A stretch of DNA of 64,000 nucleotides from a bacterium (lineage in GTDB: Bacteria > UBA8248 > JACPRG01 > G963555815): contig CBDHDG010000007.1 in the NCBI GenBank assembly GCA_965261595.1, positions 768,001-832,000 on the forward strand. Direction: 5' to 3'. The translations under genes were made by a program, and so were the position numbers. Each line of letters starts with the position of its first letter. The first letter of the stretch is position 1. Shown here in pieces: positions 9,512 through 20,074 of this stretch. The notes beneath the pieces are model-generated. The model worked only from the letters and a program-made list of their open reading frames with translations. It did not search any database and was not told the origin of the DNA.

Positions 9512-10810
9512 TTAGGTTGGTGAGAAACCCGGGTGGGCCGCTGATTCGCGGACGGGCGTGATGCGGATGTCGAGCCGCCCGTGGGCCTCGCGCAGCGCGG
9601 CCTCGACCTCGGCGGGGGCGTCCGCCCGGGCGAAGAGGAAGCCCAGGTACTTCGACCCTTCCGGAAGGGGGCGGACCGTCTGTCCGGTGGGGATCATGAT
9701 CACCGCGTCCTCGATGCCGGGGACCGCGCGGGCCTCCTCCATGCCGAGGACTTCATCGAGCCTCCCGGCCCGGGGGATGGGGATCATCATGACCCCGGCC
9801 GCCCGGCCTTCCCGCTCCAGGGACTCGGTTTCCGTTCCCCCCTCCCCCCCCCCTTCCCCCCCCAGGGCGTTGCGGAGGATCAGCTCCTCGAGGGAAATCC
9901 CGGTCCCGAAACGCAACGTCCGGGAGCATAACCCGCCGATGGACCGGGCCGCGATCTCGATGGGCCAAACGCCCCGGCCGTTGATCCGGACCTCCGCGTG
10001 GACGGGCCCCTCCCGGAGCCCGATGGCCTCCGCCGCGCGCGCGGCGCAATCGGAGATCGCCTCCCGGACATCCGCCGGCAGGCGGGAGGGCGTCACGTAA
10101 ATCGTCTCCTCGAAAAAGGGGCCTTCCAGCGGGTCGGGCTTGTCGAACAGCGCCAGGACGCGAAGCCGGCCCCCCGTGAGCATCCCCTCGAGGGCCGCCT
10201 CCCGGCCGGGGAGATAATCCTCGACCAGGATCTTCGTCGCGGCCTCGCGTCCCCGGGAAGCGATTTCGGGATCTTCCAGGAGGGCCTTGACCCGAAGGAA
10301 CGCCTCGACGAACGCCTCCGGGCCGTCCGCCCGGATGACCCCCCGGCTGGCCGAGAGGAAGACCGGCTTGATGACGCAGGGATAGGCGATGTCGGCGGCC
10401 GCTTCCAACGGATCGTCCCGGACCGAGAACAGCTCGAACCCGGGAGAGGGGATTCCGGCCTCGGCCAGCCTTTGGCGGAACCGGTGCTTGTCCCGCGCCG
10501 CCATGACGGCTTCCACCGGATTGTGCGGAAACCCCAGCGCCCGGGAAACCCTCGCCCCGACCAGGGCGGTGTCGTCGTCGACGGGGATCACCGCGTCCAG
10601 GGGATACGTCCGGGAGAACAGCGAGACCTCCCGGGCCGCGCCTTCCGAATCCCCGAAATCGAGGGTGAGGGTGCGGCCGGGCGTGTGTGCGGCGAGGACT
10701 TGGGGAAGATCGGACCCCACCACCACCTCGACCCCCAGCTTGCGGGCCGCCTCCATGAAATCGGTGGTCCGGTAGGATGTGGTGGGGAGCAGAAGGAGAA
10801 CCCGAGGCAT
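9512..10810 (-). CDS. ATP-grasp domain protein
   Basis: RDKHRFR, PCVIKP, SASRGV, EDYLPG, HAEVR, IEIAAR. Confidence 0.85.
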   Translation of the reverse strand: MPRVLLLLPTTSYRTTDFMEAARKLGVEVVVGSDLPQVLAAHTPGRTLTLDFGDSEGAAREVSLFSRTYPLDAVIPVDDDTALVGARVSRALGFPHNPVEAVMAARDKHRFRQRLAEAGIPSPGFELFSVRDDPLEAAADIAYPCVIKPVFLSASRGVIRADGPEAFVEAFLRVKALLEDPEIASRGREAATKILVEDYLPGREAALEGMLTGGRLRVLALFDKPDPLEGPFFEETIYVTPSRLPADVREAISDCAARAAEAIGLREGPVHAEVRINGRGVWPIEIAARSIGGLCSRTLRFGTGISLEELILRNALGGEGGGEGGTETESLEREGRAAGVMMIPIPRAGRLDEVLGMEEARAVPGIEDAVIMIPTGQTVRPLPEGSKYLGFLFARADAPAEVEAALREAHGRLDIRITPVRESAAHPGFSPT

Positions 10811-11004
10811 CGAGATCCTCGTCCTTCGCGGAGATCAAGCGGCGCGGAAGGGAGCCTCGGAGATGGGTCGGCAATGAAAACGGAGCCCGCGGAAGAGGGT
10901 CGGCCCCGGGGTTTGGACGCGGGAGACAGATCGGCAAGCCGAGTCCCGGCGCGGCGTCGCCCGCACCCCCCTCCCCCCCCCGGCCGTCCCCGGCCCGGGC
11001 CGGT

Positions 11005-11547
11005 TCACATCAGGGGTGATTCCCCCTTGCCGGGCTGGTAGTAGGGGTTGGCGCCGCCGCGGTGGTCGGTGGTGTCCACCAACTCTTTGATCTCGGGCAT
11101 CATCTCGTTCATTCTGGTCTCGATTCCCTGCTTCAGCGTCACGTTGACCATTCCGCACCCCTGACAGCCGCCGCCCATCTGGACGAACGCGACGTGATCC
11201 TGGATGTCGATGAGCGTCACGATTCCGCCGTGGGCCGCCACGGCCGGGTTGATCTCGTCGTCCAGGAAGGACTGGAACTTCACCTTCAGATTTTCGTCTT
11301 CTTCCGAGGGCCCCTTCCCGTTGGCGCTCTCCGCGGGCGCGGGCTTCAGCGCTTTCACCTCTTCCCGAAGGGCGGCCAACTGTGTTGAGGTTTCGGCGGC
11401 GATGCCGGCGAGTCGGTCCTCCAAAGGCTCGATGGCGTCCTGAAGACGCTTCGTTTGCAGGTGCGACCGGTAGAACAACAACGCGATGACGAGACCTACG
11501 ACGATCCAGGCGGCGATGACCATGGTCTTTTCTCTCTCGCTCTCCAA
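11005..11547 (-). CDS. NifU/NfuA-domain Fe-S carrier protein with N-terminal TM
   Basis: INPAVAAHGG, MGGGCQGC, DTTDH..GANPYY; start may be ATG 11523. Confidence 0.85.
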   Translation of the reverse strand: MESEREKTMVIAAWIVVGLVIALLFYRSHLQTKRLQDAIEPLEDRLAGIAAETSTQLAALREEVKALKPAPAESANGKGPSEEDENLKVKFQSFLDDEINPAVAAHGGIVTLIDIQDHVAFVQMGGGCQGCGMVNVTLKQGIETRMNEMMPEIKELVDTTDHRGGANPYYQPGKGESPLM

Positions 11548-11891
11548 AGGCGCGCCAGCGGCCCCGCCCCTTGCGCGGCCTTCGGATGAATCTGTGGTTT
11601 GAGGTCCCCCGCGGTACGCACACCATCCGTCCGCTCTGGACCCATACAGGCTATTTTATCCCATGACGGCGGAAGGTCAACCGGCTGCGGCGTCTCCGAC
11701 GGCCGAAACTGTGCGTGCGCTTGAGCGGGCAACCGATGTTTCCCGGCGATCTTTCCTTTTATCCCGATCCCGACGCCCGCTTGACGCTGCCTGGCCGATT
11801 GGCCAGCATGTTGTGGCCGACGTCGGAGGAAGGCGTCCGCCCCCGTTGAAATCGACTCCCTCGGATGACTTTTCAAGATTCAAGGAGCCTC

Positions 11892-13238
11892 ATGACTGAC
11901 CTGCTGATTCAAAACGGAACGGTTCTCTGCATGGATGCCGGCGGCGAGGTCCTCCCCGGCGGGGCGGTGGCCGTCCGCGACGGGCGGATCGCCGCGGTGG
12001 GAAAACCCGCCGACCTCAAACGGATGGGGTTCGGTGAAGGCCGAACGCTGAACGCCCGGGGGCAGGTGGTGATGCCCGGACTCGTCAACGCCCACGCCCA
12101 CGTGGCGGGGGGCCTCCTCAAGGCCCTGCCGGAGGGGCCCGGCACGCGGGCGGCCATGCAAAGGGCGTCGAGGCTTCTCTTCACCGAAGCCGATCCGGCG
12201 GAGACGGAAGCCCTGGCCCGGGCCTCTTTCCTGGAGGCGTTGAAGAGCGGTGTGACCTGCGTGGGCGTTCTCGACCGGGCCGCGTCGGCCCTCGGGGATG
12301 TGGCGCGGGAATCGGGTCTGCGGGTGGTGCTGGCCGACGCCTTGGCGGAGGCGGACCCGGTTTCCGCCGCTTCGGGGGCCGCGCCCAAGCTGGACGCGTC
12401 GGCCGGGGCGGCGGCGTTGGAGGCGGCGCTCACGCGGATCGAGGGGCTGGACCCGGATGGCGACGGCCGGGTGACGGCCCGCCTGGGCGTCCATTCACCG
12501 GCGGTGTGCTCGGACGAGACCCTGGAATCCGTGGCCCGGGAGGCCGAGGCCCGAAAGCTCGGGCTGCATTTTCACCTCGCGACCTTCGCCGCGGAGACCG
12601 AGACGCTCCGCGCGCGGGCGGGGGGGGACCTGTTCGGATTCCTCCGCAGGCTGGACCTCCTGCGGTCCAACACCCTGGCCGCGGGCGGATGCGCGTTGAA
12701 GGAGGAAGAGATCGGCGGCCTGCGCGAGTCGGCGGCGCAGCTGGCCGTGGCTTCGCGGGCCGACGCCGCCCGGGGCGTTCGCACGCCGGTGGCCGCGTGT
12801 CTTCGCAACAAGGTTCCCCTGGTGTTGGGAACGAACGGCATCGGCCATGACCTCTTCGCCGTCATGCGGGCGTTCATTCTCTCGGCCCGGCTGGATGGGG
12901 AGAGCGGCGGTCTCGTGGGGCCGGCCGAGGCGCTGCGCATGGGCGCCCGGGACGGGGCGAGGGCGCTCGGGCTTCTCGGAAGCGTCGGGTCCATCGAGAT
13001 CGGAAAGAAGGCCGACCTGATTCTGGTCACGCTCGACCCGGCGAAGGCCCCCCTCGTGGAGTCGGACGATCCGGCCGCGGCCGTGTCCGAGGTGTGCGGC
13101 CCCGGCGACGTGACCGACGTGGTGGTGGACGGCGAGGTGCTGATGGAGGGTGGAAAGGTCAAGTCCGTGGATGAGAAGGCGGTCTTGAATGAGGCCCGGA
13201 AGGCCGCCGCGGCGGTCTGGCGGCGGGCGGCCAACTAA
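11892..13238 (+). CDS. Amidohydrolase (MtaD/AtzA-like), degenerate metal site
   Basis: [26 protein letters not shown]. Confidence 0.85.
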   Translation: MTDLLIQNGTVLCMDAGGEVLPGGAVAVRDGRIAAVGKPADLKRMGFGEGRTLNARGQVVMPGLVNAHAHVAGGLLKALPEGPGTRAAMQRASRLLFTEADPAETEALARASFLEALKSGVTCVGVLDRAASALGDVARESGLRVVLADALAEADPVSAASGAAPKLDASAGAAALEAALTRIEGLDPDGDGRVTARLGVHSPAVCSDETLESVAREAEARKLGLHFHLATFAAETETLRARAGGDLFGFLRRLDLLRSNTLAAGGCALKEEEIGGLRESAAQLAVASRADAARGVRTPVAACLRNKVPLVLGTNGIGHDLFAVMRAFILSARLDGESGGLVGPAEALRMGARDGARALGLLGSVGSIEIGKKADLILVTLDPAKAPLVESDDPAAAVSEVCGPGDVTDVVVDGEVLMEGGKVKSVDEKAVLNEARKAAAAVWRRAAN

Positions 13239-13287
13239 GCCGCGCACGGATATCGAGGCGGGGGGGGGATGGAGAGGAGCAAAAGCG

Positions 13288-13617
13288 ATGCTGGTCCTGA
13301 CAACGCCGAACATCGAGGGGAAGCGGATCGCCCGATACATCGGCCTGGTGACCGGCGAAGCGATCCTGGGGGCGAACGTGTTCAAAGACTTTTTCGCGAG
13401 CATCCGGGACATCGTCGGGGGCCGGTCCGCCGCGTACGAGGAGGAGCTGCGCCGGGCGAAAGACTTGGCCGTCGATGAGATGATAGAGCAAGCCCGCACG
13501 CGCGGCGCCAACGCGGTCATCGGGGTGGACCTGGATTACGAAACCATAAGCACGAGCTCGGGCGGGAACATGCTCATGGTCAGCGTCAGCGGGACGGGCG
13601 TGGTGGTTGAGGACTGA
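13288..13617 (+). CDS. UPF0145 / YbjQ-family protein
   Basis: [25 protein letters not shown]...[13 protein letters not shown]. Confidence 0.9.
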   Translation: MLVLTTPNIEGKRIARYIGLVTGEAILGANVFKDFFASIRDIVGGRSAAYEEELRRAKDLAVDEMIEQARTRGANAVIGVDLDYETISTSSGGNMLMVSVSGTGVVVED

Positions 13618-13698
13618 AACCGGGGGGGCGCTTCCGCGCTTCCGAGGCGCGGGGCGCCCCGAGGCGCTGCTGACGCAATCAAAGGCGAGGGACGAGAC

Positions 13699-14115
13699 AT
13701 GCTTTCACGGATAGACCACATCGGAATCGTCACGGCCGACACGGAAAAGGTTGTCCGGCTCTTTGAAGAGGCCCTGGGCGTCAAGGTGGCGAAGAAAGAA
13801 CACTCCGACACCGGTTTCGCGAAGTGCACCTTCCTTCACCTGGACAACATCCAGATCGAGATCACCGAGCCCTACGACCCGGATCACTTTTACACGGAAA
13901 TGGTCGAACAGCGGGGGACCTGTCTTTCGCATCTGGCCTTCTCGGCGGGGGACGTCGAGGGGGCGTGCGGCGAGATCGAGGGCCGCGGCATCGGCTTCCG
14001 GGAGGGGTTCGGCCCGGGCAGGAAATCGCCCCGGGGATACAGCATCGCCTTCCTGGACCCGGATCAGACCGAAGGCGTCCAGATTCAGCTCATCGCCGAA
14101 CACCCCACCGGGTGA
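13699..14115 (+). CDS. VOC family protein (methylmalonyl-CoA epimerase-like)
   Basis: IDHIGIV, IEITEP, HLAF, GVQIQL. Confidence 0.85.
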   Translation: MLSRIDHIGIVTADTEKVVRLFEEALGVKVAKKEHSDTGFAKCTFLHLDNIQIEITEPYDPDHFYTEMVEQRGTCLSHLAFSAGDVEGACGEIEGRGIGFREGFGPGRKSPRGYSIAFLDPDQTEGVQIQLIAEHPTG

Positions 14116-14194
14116 GCACCCAACCGGGTGACGCCCCACGCGGCGGACGCCTGGGGCCTCCGGGGGCGGACGGGGCCGGGGTGGAGGAAGACCG

Positions 14195-14779
14195 ATGAGG
14201 ATGACAAACGCTCAAGCCCGAAGGGTTATCCTGATCCTCCTCATCGTCGGGTGGCTTCCGGGCCGGTCGGCGCGGGCCGAGAAGACGGAGACGGCCGATC
14301 CCGACGTCAAAGCGCTCTATCATTGGCGGAGGGGATACGTCTACCACCACCTGGGACAATTCCCGATGGCCATCGCCGAATACCGGAAATCCATCGCGGC
14401 CAAGCCCACCGCGGAAGGCCATACGTTCCTGGGCTGGTCCCTCAGCATGCTGGAACGCTATCGGGAAGCCATCGCGGAGTGCAAGAGAGCCATTCCCCTC
14501 GACCCGGATTTCGGAAATCCCTACAACGACATCGGCGTGTATCTTGTGGCGCTGGGCCGGGTGGACGAGGCGATCCCCTATCTGAAAAAGGCCATGCGGG
14601 CCACGCGGTACTGCTGCTATCAGTTCGCACACCACAACATGGGACGGGCGCTCGTCCTGAAGGGGAAATACGAGGAGGCGACGCGGTCATTCAAGAAGGC
14701 CTTGGAATATGACCCCGATTACGAGCCTTCCAGGCAGGCCCTTCGGGTTCTTCGGGAGCGCGTGGGGCGGGAACTCTGA
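14195..14779 (+). CDS. Exported tetratricopeptide repeat protein
   Basis: Signal peptide; TPR motifs EAIAECKRAI.LDPDFGNPYNDIG. Confidence 0.85.
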   Translation: MRMTNAQARRVILILLIVGWLPGRSARAEKTETADPDVKALYHWRRGYVYHHLGQFPMAIAEYRKSIAAKPTAEGHTFLGWSLSMLERYREAIAECKRAIPLDPDFGNPYNDIGVYLVALGRVDEAIPYLKKAMRATRYCCYQFAHHNMGRALVLKGKYEEATRSFKKALEYDPDYEPSRQALRVLRERVGREL

Positions 14780-14836
14780 GGGCTTCGCGGGCGTTTCCCC
14801 CTCAACCCATCGGGCCCGCGCCCGGCCGCCCTTCTT

Positions 14837-15217
14837 TCACCGGTGGGCGATCAGCTCGATCTGGACGCGCGCGCCGTGGACGTGCCCTTGGACGGCGTGG
14901 GTCGTCCGCACGGGCGGCTCGGCCGGGAAATATTCGTTGAAGACCTCGTTCATCTCCATGAGCTCGGAGACGTCGGCCATGAAGATGGTCGCTTTGAGGG
15001 AATTGTCCAGGGAGGCGTCGGCGGCGTCGAGGATGCGCTTGAGGTTCTCGCAGCACTGCCGCGTCTCGGGGCCGATCCCCCCCGCGACCAGCTTGCCGGT
15101 CTCGGGGTCGAGGCCGAACTGCCCCGAGCAGAAGATCAAGTCCCCGAACACCATCCCCAGGGAATGCGGGACGATCCCCCGGGCCACGCCCGGCGGATGA
15201 ATCACTTCTTTTTTCAT
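14837..15217 (-). CDS. RidA/YjgF family protein
   Basis: IFCSGQ, MNEVFNEYF, PVRT. Confidence 0.9.
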   Translation of the reverse strand: MKKEVIHPPGVARGIVPHSLGMVFGDLIFCSGQFGLDPETGKLVAGGIGPETRQCCENLKRILDAADASLDNSLKATIFMADVSELMEMNEVFNEYFPAEPPVRTTHAVQGHVHGARVQIELIAHR

Positions 15218-15330
15218 GATTCTTTCCTTTTGTGATCCGCGCCCCCCTCGCTCCCGAAAAAATTCTCGCCGGAGGCGTCGAAGTTCTCAGCGGTCCGCGG
15301 GAAAGCCGGTTTTCGGGATCTCGACTCCCC

Positions 15331-16500
15331 TCAACCGCAACGGAAGAGATCCAGCGACAGGTCGTCGTCCAGCACTTCGCACCCCGCCTCCCTGACCAGG
15401 ACGTTGTTCTCGACGTTGAGTCCGTACTGCCCCGCCACATAGTAGGGGGCCTCGATGGCCAGCGTCATCCCGGTCTCCAGCGGCGTGTCGTTGTCGGGCG
15501 TGATAAAGGGCTCTTCATAGTGGCCCAGGCCCAGGCCGTGGCCCATGTTCCCGCGCGCATAGTGTCCGTATCCCGCGGCCTTGACCTTCTCCACGCCGAT
15601 CCGGAACAGTTCGGAGGCGGGGACGCCGGGCCGGCCGGCCGCCATCATCGCCTGCTGGGCTTCGAAGAGCGCGTCGTAAAGCCGCCGGACCTCCGCCGGG
15701 GGATCGCCCACGGCCGCGCATCGGGACAGGTCCGAGAAATAAAATTCGTGAACGGCGGTGACATCGAAGCGCACGGCGTCGCCCGGGCTCAAGACATAAT
15801 CCCCGGCGATGTTGTAGGACTCCCCGCTCTGAGGGCCCGCGCCCAAAGCGGCCGACTCCCAGTCGCAGCCCATCTCCCTGACCTTCGACTTGAACGCTTC
15901 CAGGACGTCCTGTTCGATCGCGCCGCCGCGAATCACGTCCAGCGCCGCGCGGATGGCCGCCGTGTTCACGCGGTTCGCATGGCGCATCCGGCCGATCTCC
16001 GCCCGGGTCTTGACCTGCCGCAGCTTGAAGAACGTAGGCCGCGCGTCGGCGAAGGAGAGGTCCGGAAGCTTTGCTTGCAGGTGTCCGAGGGTGACCGCCG
16101 AGATGGGCGCCGTCTCGATGCCCAGGCGGCCCCGGTCCAGCCCCAGCTCCTTCAGCGTGGCCGAGAGGTTCTCGGCCGGCGTCGGCGCGTTGACCTTGCG
16201 CTCGGTCCCTTCGGGCCAATCGATATGCATCCCGGTTCCGGAATGGCGCGTCTCCATGCCGGGGCTGTGGACATCCGCCAGGCCGGCCAGGCCGACGGTG
16301 CACAGGAGGATCGGCGCCCTCCCCTTGGGCAAGAGGACGGCGACGGCCTCGGAGGTCCGAAGGAGAAGGGAAAGCCCGCGATTGCCCGCCGTCAGCGGAA
16401 CCGGAAACCGGCTGGTGTAGTAGACGTTCTCCGGCGAGGAGGCCAGAAGGGCGTCCAGACCCTCGGCGTCCATCAAGGCGTCAAGTTTCGCTCGGTCCAT
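15331..16500 (-). CDS. M24 family (Xaa-Pro) peptidase
   Basis: VKTRAEI, GHGLGL..YE.P, AIEAP, VENNVLV. Confidence 0.9.
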   Translation of the reverse strand: MDRAKLDALMDAEGLDALLASSPENVYYTSRFPVPLTAGNRGLSLLLRTSEAVAVLLPKGRAPILLCTVGLAGLADVHSPGMETRHSGTGMHIDWPEGTERKVNAPTPAENLSATLKELGLDRGRLGIETAPISAVTLGHLQAKLPDLSFADARPTFFKLRQVKTRAEIGRMRHANRVNTAAIRAALDVIRGGAIEQDVLEAFKSKVREMGCDWESAALGAGPQSGESYNIAGDYVLSPGDAVRFDVTAVHEFYFSDLSRCAAVGDPPAEVRRLYDALFEAQQAMMAAGRPGVPASELFRIGVEKVKAAGYGHYARGNMGHGLGLGHYEEPFITPDNDTPLETGMTLAIEAPYYVAGQYGLNVENNVLVREAGCEVLDDDLSLDLFRCG

Positions 16501-16530
16501 GAAAAACCTCTTACAGACGAAGGATGAAGA

Positions 16531-16788
16531 CCAGGGGGACTTTTTTGTAAAACCGTCCCCCTGGACCCCCTGAAAAACTTTCTGCGGCCAAGCCGGAGGC
16601 TTGGCCTTACCCGCGCTTGGAGGTTTGATCGTATCAGGAAACCTTTCAGGCGCGGTCCCATATTCCGGTCAATGAAACTCTTTCCTGCGATATGGCGCGG
16701 CCCGCAAGGGCCGCGCCATATCGCGAAATGAAAGTTTTCGAGGGGGGTCTTGGGGGGACAGTTTTCAAAATGTCCCCCCAAGAATCTT
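16531..16788. repeat. Structured intergenic repeat, copy 1
   Basis: Shares four hairpin modules with 32111-32411. Confidence 0.8.
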
Positions 16789-16791
16789 GCC

Positions 16792-17268
16792 TCATTCATC
16801 GAACCGATGCATCTCGCAGAAGAACTCGATGCGGTTCTTGTCCGGGTCCAGGAAATAGAAAGAGCGGTTCTCTCCCCAGGAGCCGTCGCCGTCGGGGTGC
16901 GTCGCGCTGTGTTTGAGGGGGCCCATGACGATCTCCACGTCCTTCGCCTTCATCTCATCGAGCATGGCGTCGAAGTCCTCCCGGGTCTCGACCTCGAAGG
17001 CGAAGTGGTGGACCCCGATGTCGAGGTTGTCTTCGCCGCCGGTGTCGCCGCGGCTTTCTCGGCCCGCCCATTCGGGTGAGTGGATGAGGTTCACATGATG
17101 GTGGTCCCGTTCGCAGCGCATCAGACACAGACCGGGGTACCCGGGGGCTTCGCCCGGTTTGTGCCGCTCGGAGACCTTCAGGCCCAGGACGTCCCGGTAC
17201 CAGGCCATCGAGCGCTCGATATCGGACACCTTGATGCCGATGTGTTGAAGCCGCTTCAAACGCCCCAT
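16792..17268 (-). CDS. VOC/glyoxalase family protein
   Basis: LQHIGIKVSD, HHFAF, YFLDPDKNRIE. Confidence 0.9.
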   Translation of the reverse strand: MGRLKRLQHIGIKVSDIERSMAWYRDVLGLKVSERHKPGEAPGYPGLCLMRCERDHHHVNLIHSPEWAGRESRGDTGGEDNLDIGVHHFAFEVETREDFDAMLDEMKAKDVEIVMGPLKHSATHPDGDGSWGENRSFYFLDPDKNRIEFFCEMHRFDE

Positions 17269-17473
17269 ATCGTTTCTCCTTCTTTCGCCCGACCGCGAGG
17301 TTCATCCGGATTCAGAGGATAAGGGAGAGGATATCAAACTCCGGGCCGGGGGTGGGAGGGGATTTCCGTTTCATGCCGCGAGGCGGGGCGATGGATCTGA
17401 AAATTATTTGAGGGGATGATTCCATCACCCTATACTGGATAGAAGGGCGGACAGACGTTTCACTCGTACCTTT

Positions 17474-18136
17474 GTGGTGATGGTCCCTGATGAACCCCGG
17501 GAGGGGAATCGATTGGAAGAGCGTCCGCCTCCGCGCCGAATTCCCGTATTCCCGCTGCCCAACGTCATTTTCTTCCCCAACACCTCTTTGCCCCTGCACA
17601 TCTTCGAGGCGCGATACCGCAAGATGGTCTCCGATTGTCTCGAAGGGGACCGCTACCTGGGGATGATGCTGATGAAGCCGGGTTGGGAGAAGGGGAAGAT
17701 CGAGTGTTACGACGTCGGGGGGCTTGGGCGGATTTCGAAAGTCGTCAAACATCCCGGCGGAAACATGGACATCGTCCTGCGGGGACTCAGCCGTTACCGG
17801 GTCCGGGACTACGTGCAACGGGAGCCGTATCTCATCGCCGAAGTGGACGTCCTGGAAGAGACCGGCTGGGAGGATTCCGAGAAGCTTCGCGCGGCCGGAG
17901 AAGAGATGGTGCGGCTCTTCGAGCGGACCCTCTACAGGCAGGACAGCGAGGTGCGCACAGGCATCCTGGCCCGGCTCCGTCTCCTGGAGAGCGCTCTGGA
18001 CATCACCAACTATCTGGGGTCCATCCTGGGCATCCAGCTCGGGTTGAAGCAGCGGATCCTCGAGGCCGACGATCCCGGGGAAAATGTGAAGCTGTTGACG
18101 ACCGTGCTCCGGGGCGAGCTCGCCTCCCTTAACTGA
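17474..18136 (+). CDS. LON peptidase N-terminal substrate-binding domain protein
   Basis: IPVFPLPNVIFFP..LPLHIFEARY. Confidence 0.9.
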   Translation: MVMVPDEPREGNRLEERPPPRRIPVFPLPNVIFFPNTSLPLHIFEARYRKMVSDCLEGDRYLGMMLMKPGWEKGKIECYDVGGLGRISKVVKHPGGNMDIVLRGLSRYRVRDYVQREPYLIAEVDVLEETGWEDSEKLRAAGEEMVRLFERTLYRQDSEVRTGILARLRLLESALDITNYLGSILGIQLGLKQRILEADDPGENVKLLTTVLRGELASLN

Positions 18137-18184
18137 TTCCCGGCCGGCGGCGCGGCCGACGGACCCCTGCACCGAAAGAGGCGA

Positions 18185-18631
18185 ATGCGCGCGGTCTTGC
18201 AAAGGGTCCGTGAAGCTTCGGTGACCGTGGACGGAGAAGTCGAGGCGTCCATCGGCCCGGGTTTTCTGATCCTGTTGGGCGTCGGAGAGGAAGACACGGA
18301 GGAAGCCGTCCTCCGACTGGCCGAAAAGACCGTCCATCTCCGGATTTTCGAGGACGAGACGGGAAAATTCAACCGCTCCCTCCTGGACATCGCGGGCTCG
18401 GCCCTGGTGGTCTCCCAATTCACCCTGTTCGCGGATTGCCGGAAGGGAAGGAGGCCGTCCTTCACCTCGGCCGCGAAGCCCGGCCGGGCCGAACCGCTCT
18501 ATGAGGAATTCATCCGGACCCTGCGGGCCAAGGGGGTCCCGGTCAAGACGGGGGTGTTCGGCGCGATGATGGACGTCCGCCTCCTCAATCAGGGACCCGT
18601 CACCATTTGCCTGGATTCGAAAGCTCTTTGA
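18185..18631 (+). CDS. dtd: D-aminoacyl-tRNA deacylase
   Basis: [25 protein letters not shown]. Confidence 0.97.
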   Translation: MRAVLQRVREASVTVDGEVEASIGPGFLILLGVGEEDTEEAVLRLAEKTVHLRIFEDETGKFNRSLLDIAGSALVVSQFTLFADCRKGRRPSFTSAAKPGRAEPLYEEFIRTLRAKGVPVKTGVFGAMMDVRLLNQGPVTICLDSKAL

Positions 18632-19497
18632 TGGGATCCCCTCTCAAAAGACAACTGGAGGACCTCTACCGGACCTTCGACATCCGCCGCCTCTCTCCGG
18701 ACCCGCTGGAGGTTGTCCACCAATACCGGACGCCGCGGGACCGGGAGGTCGTTGGATTCATCGCCGCCGCCCTGGCCTACGGGCAGGTGGACCAGATCGT
18801 GCGGAGCGTCAAGCGGCTCCTGGCCCTGATGGAGGCGGACGGGAAGTCCCCTTCCGGATTCGTCCGCGCGTTCGACCCGGCCCGCGACGCGGAGCGGCTG
18901 ATTCCATTCCGCCACAGGTTCAACACCGGAGAGGATCTCGCCTGTCTTTTCTACTGGATGCGCCAGGCGATGGAGGAAGCCGGATCGCTGGGGGATTTCT
19001 TCCTGCGCGGATACCGGCCGGAGGAGCCCGATGTCGGTCCCGCCCTCTCGAGGTTCGTCGGGGGGCTGATGTCGCTGGATCGCGGAAGGTTTTATCCGGG
19101 CGGCCTCCCCGGCGCCGGTCAAGGGGTGCGCTACTTTCTGCCCTCCCCCCGGGACGGCAGCGCCTGCAAGCGTCTCAACCTCTTCCTGCGGTGGATGGTC
19201 CGGCGGGGGGACAGCCTGGATTTTGGTCTCTGGCGCGAAGTCTCGACGGCGAAACTGGTGATTCCGCTCGATGCGCACGTCTCCCGGATCGCCCGCTACA
19301 TCGGCTTGACGGACCGCCCGACCCCCTCCTGGCGGACCGCCCTGGAGGTCACGGCGCGGCTCCGCCTGTTCGATGCCGAGGACCCGGTGAAATACGATTT
19401 CTCTCTATGCCGTTTGGGCATCTTGAAGCTCTGCCCGAAAAAAAGAAACTTGACGAAATGCCGAACTTGTTCTTTAGTGGAGGTCTGCCTGCTTTGA
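18631..19497 (+). CDS. TIGR02757/DUF2400 family protein
   Basis: SACKRLNLFLRWMVR, IPLDAH, DPVKYDF. Confidence 0.9.
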   Translation: MGSPLKRQLEDLYRTFDIRRLSPDPLEVVHQYRTPRDREVVGFIAAALAYGQVDQIVRSVKRLLALMEADGKSPSGFVRAFDPARDAERLIPFRHRFNTGEDLACLFYWMRQAMEEAGSLGDFFLRGYRPEEPDVGPALSRFVGGLMSLDRGRFYPGGLPGAGQGVRYFLPSPRDGSACKRLNLFLRWMVRRGDSLDFGLWREVSTAKLVIPLDAHVSRIARYIGLTDRPTPSWRTALEVTARLRLFDAEDPVKYDFSLCRLGILKLCPKKRNLTKCRTCSLVEVCLL

Positions 19498-19600
19498 AAT
19501 GATCGTCGGAAACGCCTCCTGAAACGAGAAGGGTCTTGGCTCGGTTGAAAGAGGGCGCGGGCTCGATGTGGAACGGGCGGGGACGGGGAGAAGTCGCCGG

Positions 19601-20041
19601 ATGAATGGGAAGACCACGAGAATTCTTCACCGGAGGGTGCGTCCCGGCGCGACGCTCGGACGGCTTGCCCCGGCCTTGTTCGCCCTGGCGGTGTTGGCCG
19701 GCTGCGCCGCCTCCAAGACCTCCCTCTTTCCTCCTGAGCCGTCGGACCTCACGTACCTGGCGAAACACGCGGCCGGACGCGCGTACGAGATCATCGGCGT
19801 GATTCAGGTGGATGGACACAGTTTCTCGACCGAAAACTCACTGAAGGCCCGGCTCCGGAAGAAGGCCCGGGAGCTGGGCGCGGACAATGTGATGAATGTC
19901 CGGGTGATGTCTCTGTCGAGGGGAAGCGGCTTCGTCAAGTATCACATGCTCACGGCGGAAGGGATCGCCGTCCGCTGGATTTCACCGCCCACGATTCGAA
20001 AGTCCAAGCCCCCCGATAAAACCGCCGAAGTTCTTCCCTGA
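19601..20041 (+). CDS. Hypothetical lipoprotein
   Basis: LAGC lipobox; KARELGADNV motif; start uncertain. Confidence 0.6.
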   Translation: MNGKTTRILHRRVRPGATLGRLAPALFALAVLAGCAASKTSLFPPEPSDLTYLAKHAAGRAYEIIGVIQVDGHSFSTENSLKARLRKKARELGADNVMNVRVMSLSRGSGFVKYHMLTAEGIAVRWISPPTIRKSKPPDKTAEVLP

Positions 20042-20074
20042 GCCCAATGCGCCCGAACTTGAAGGACGGACGCT

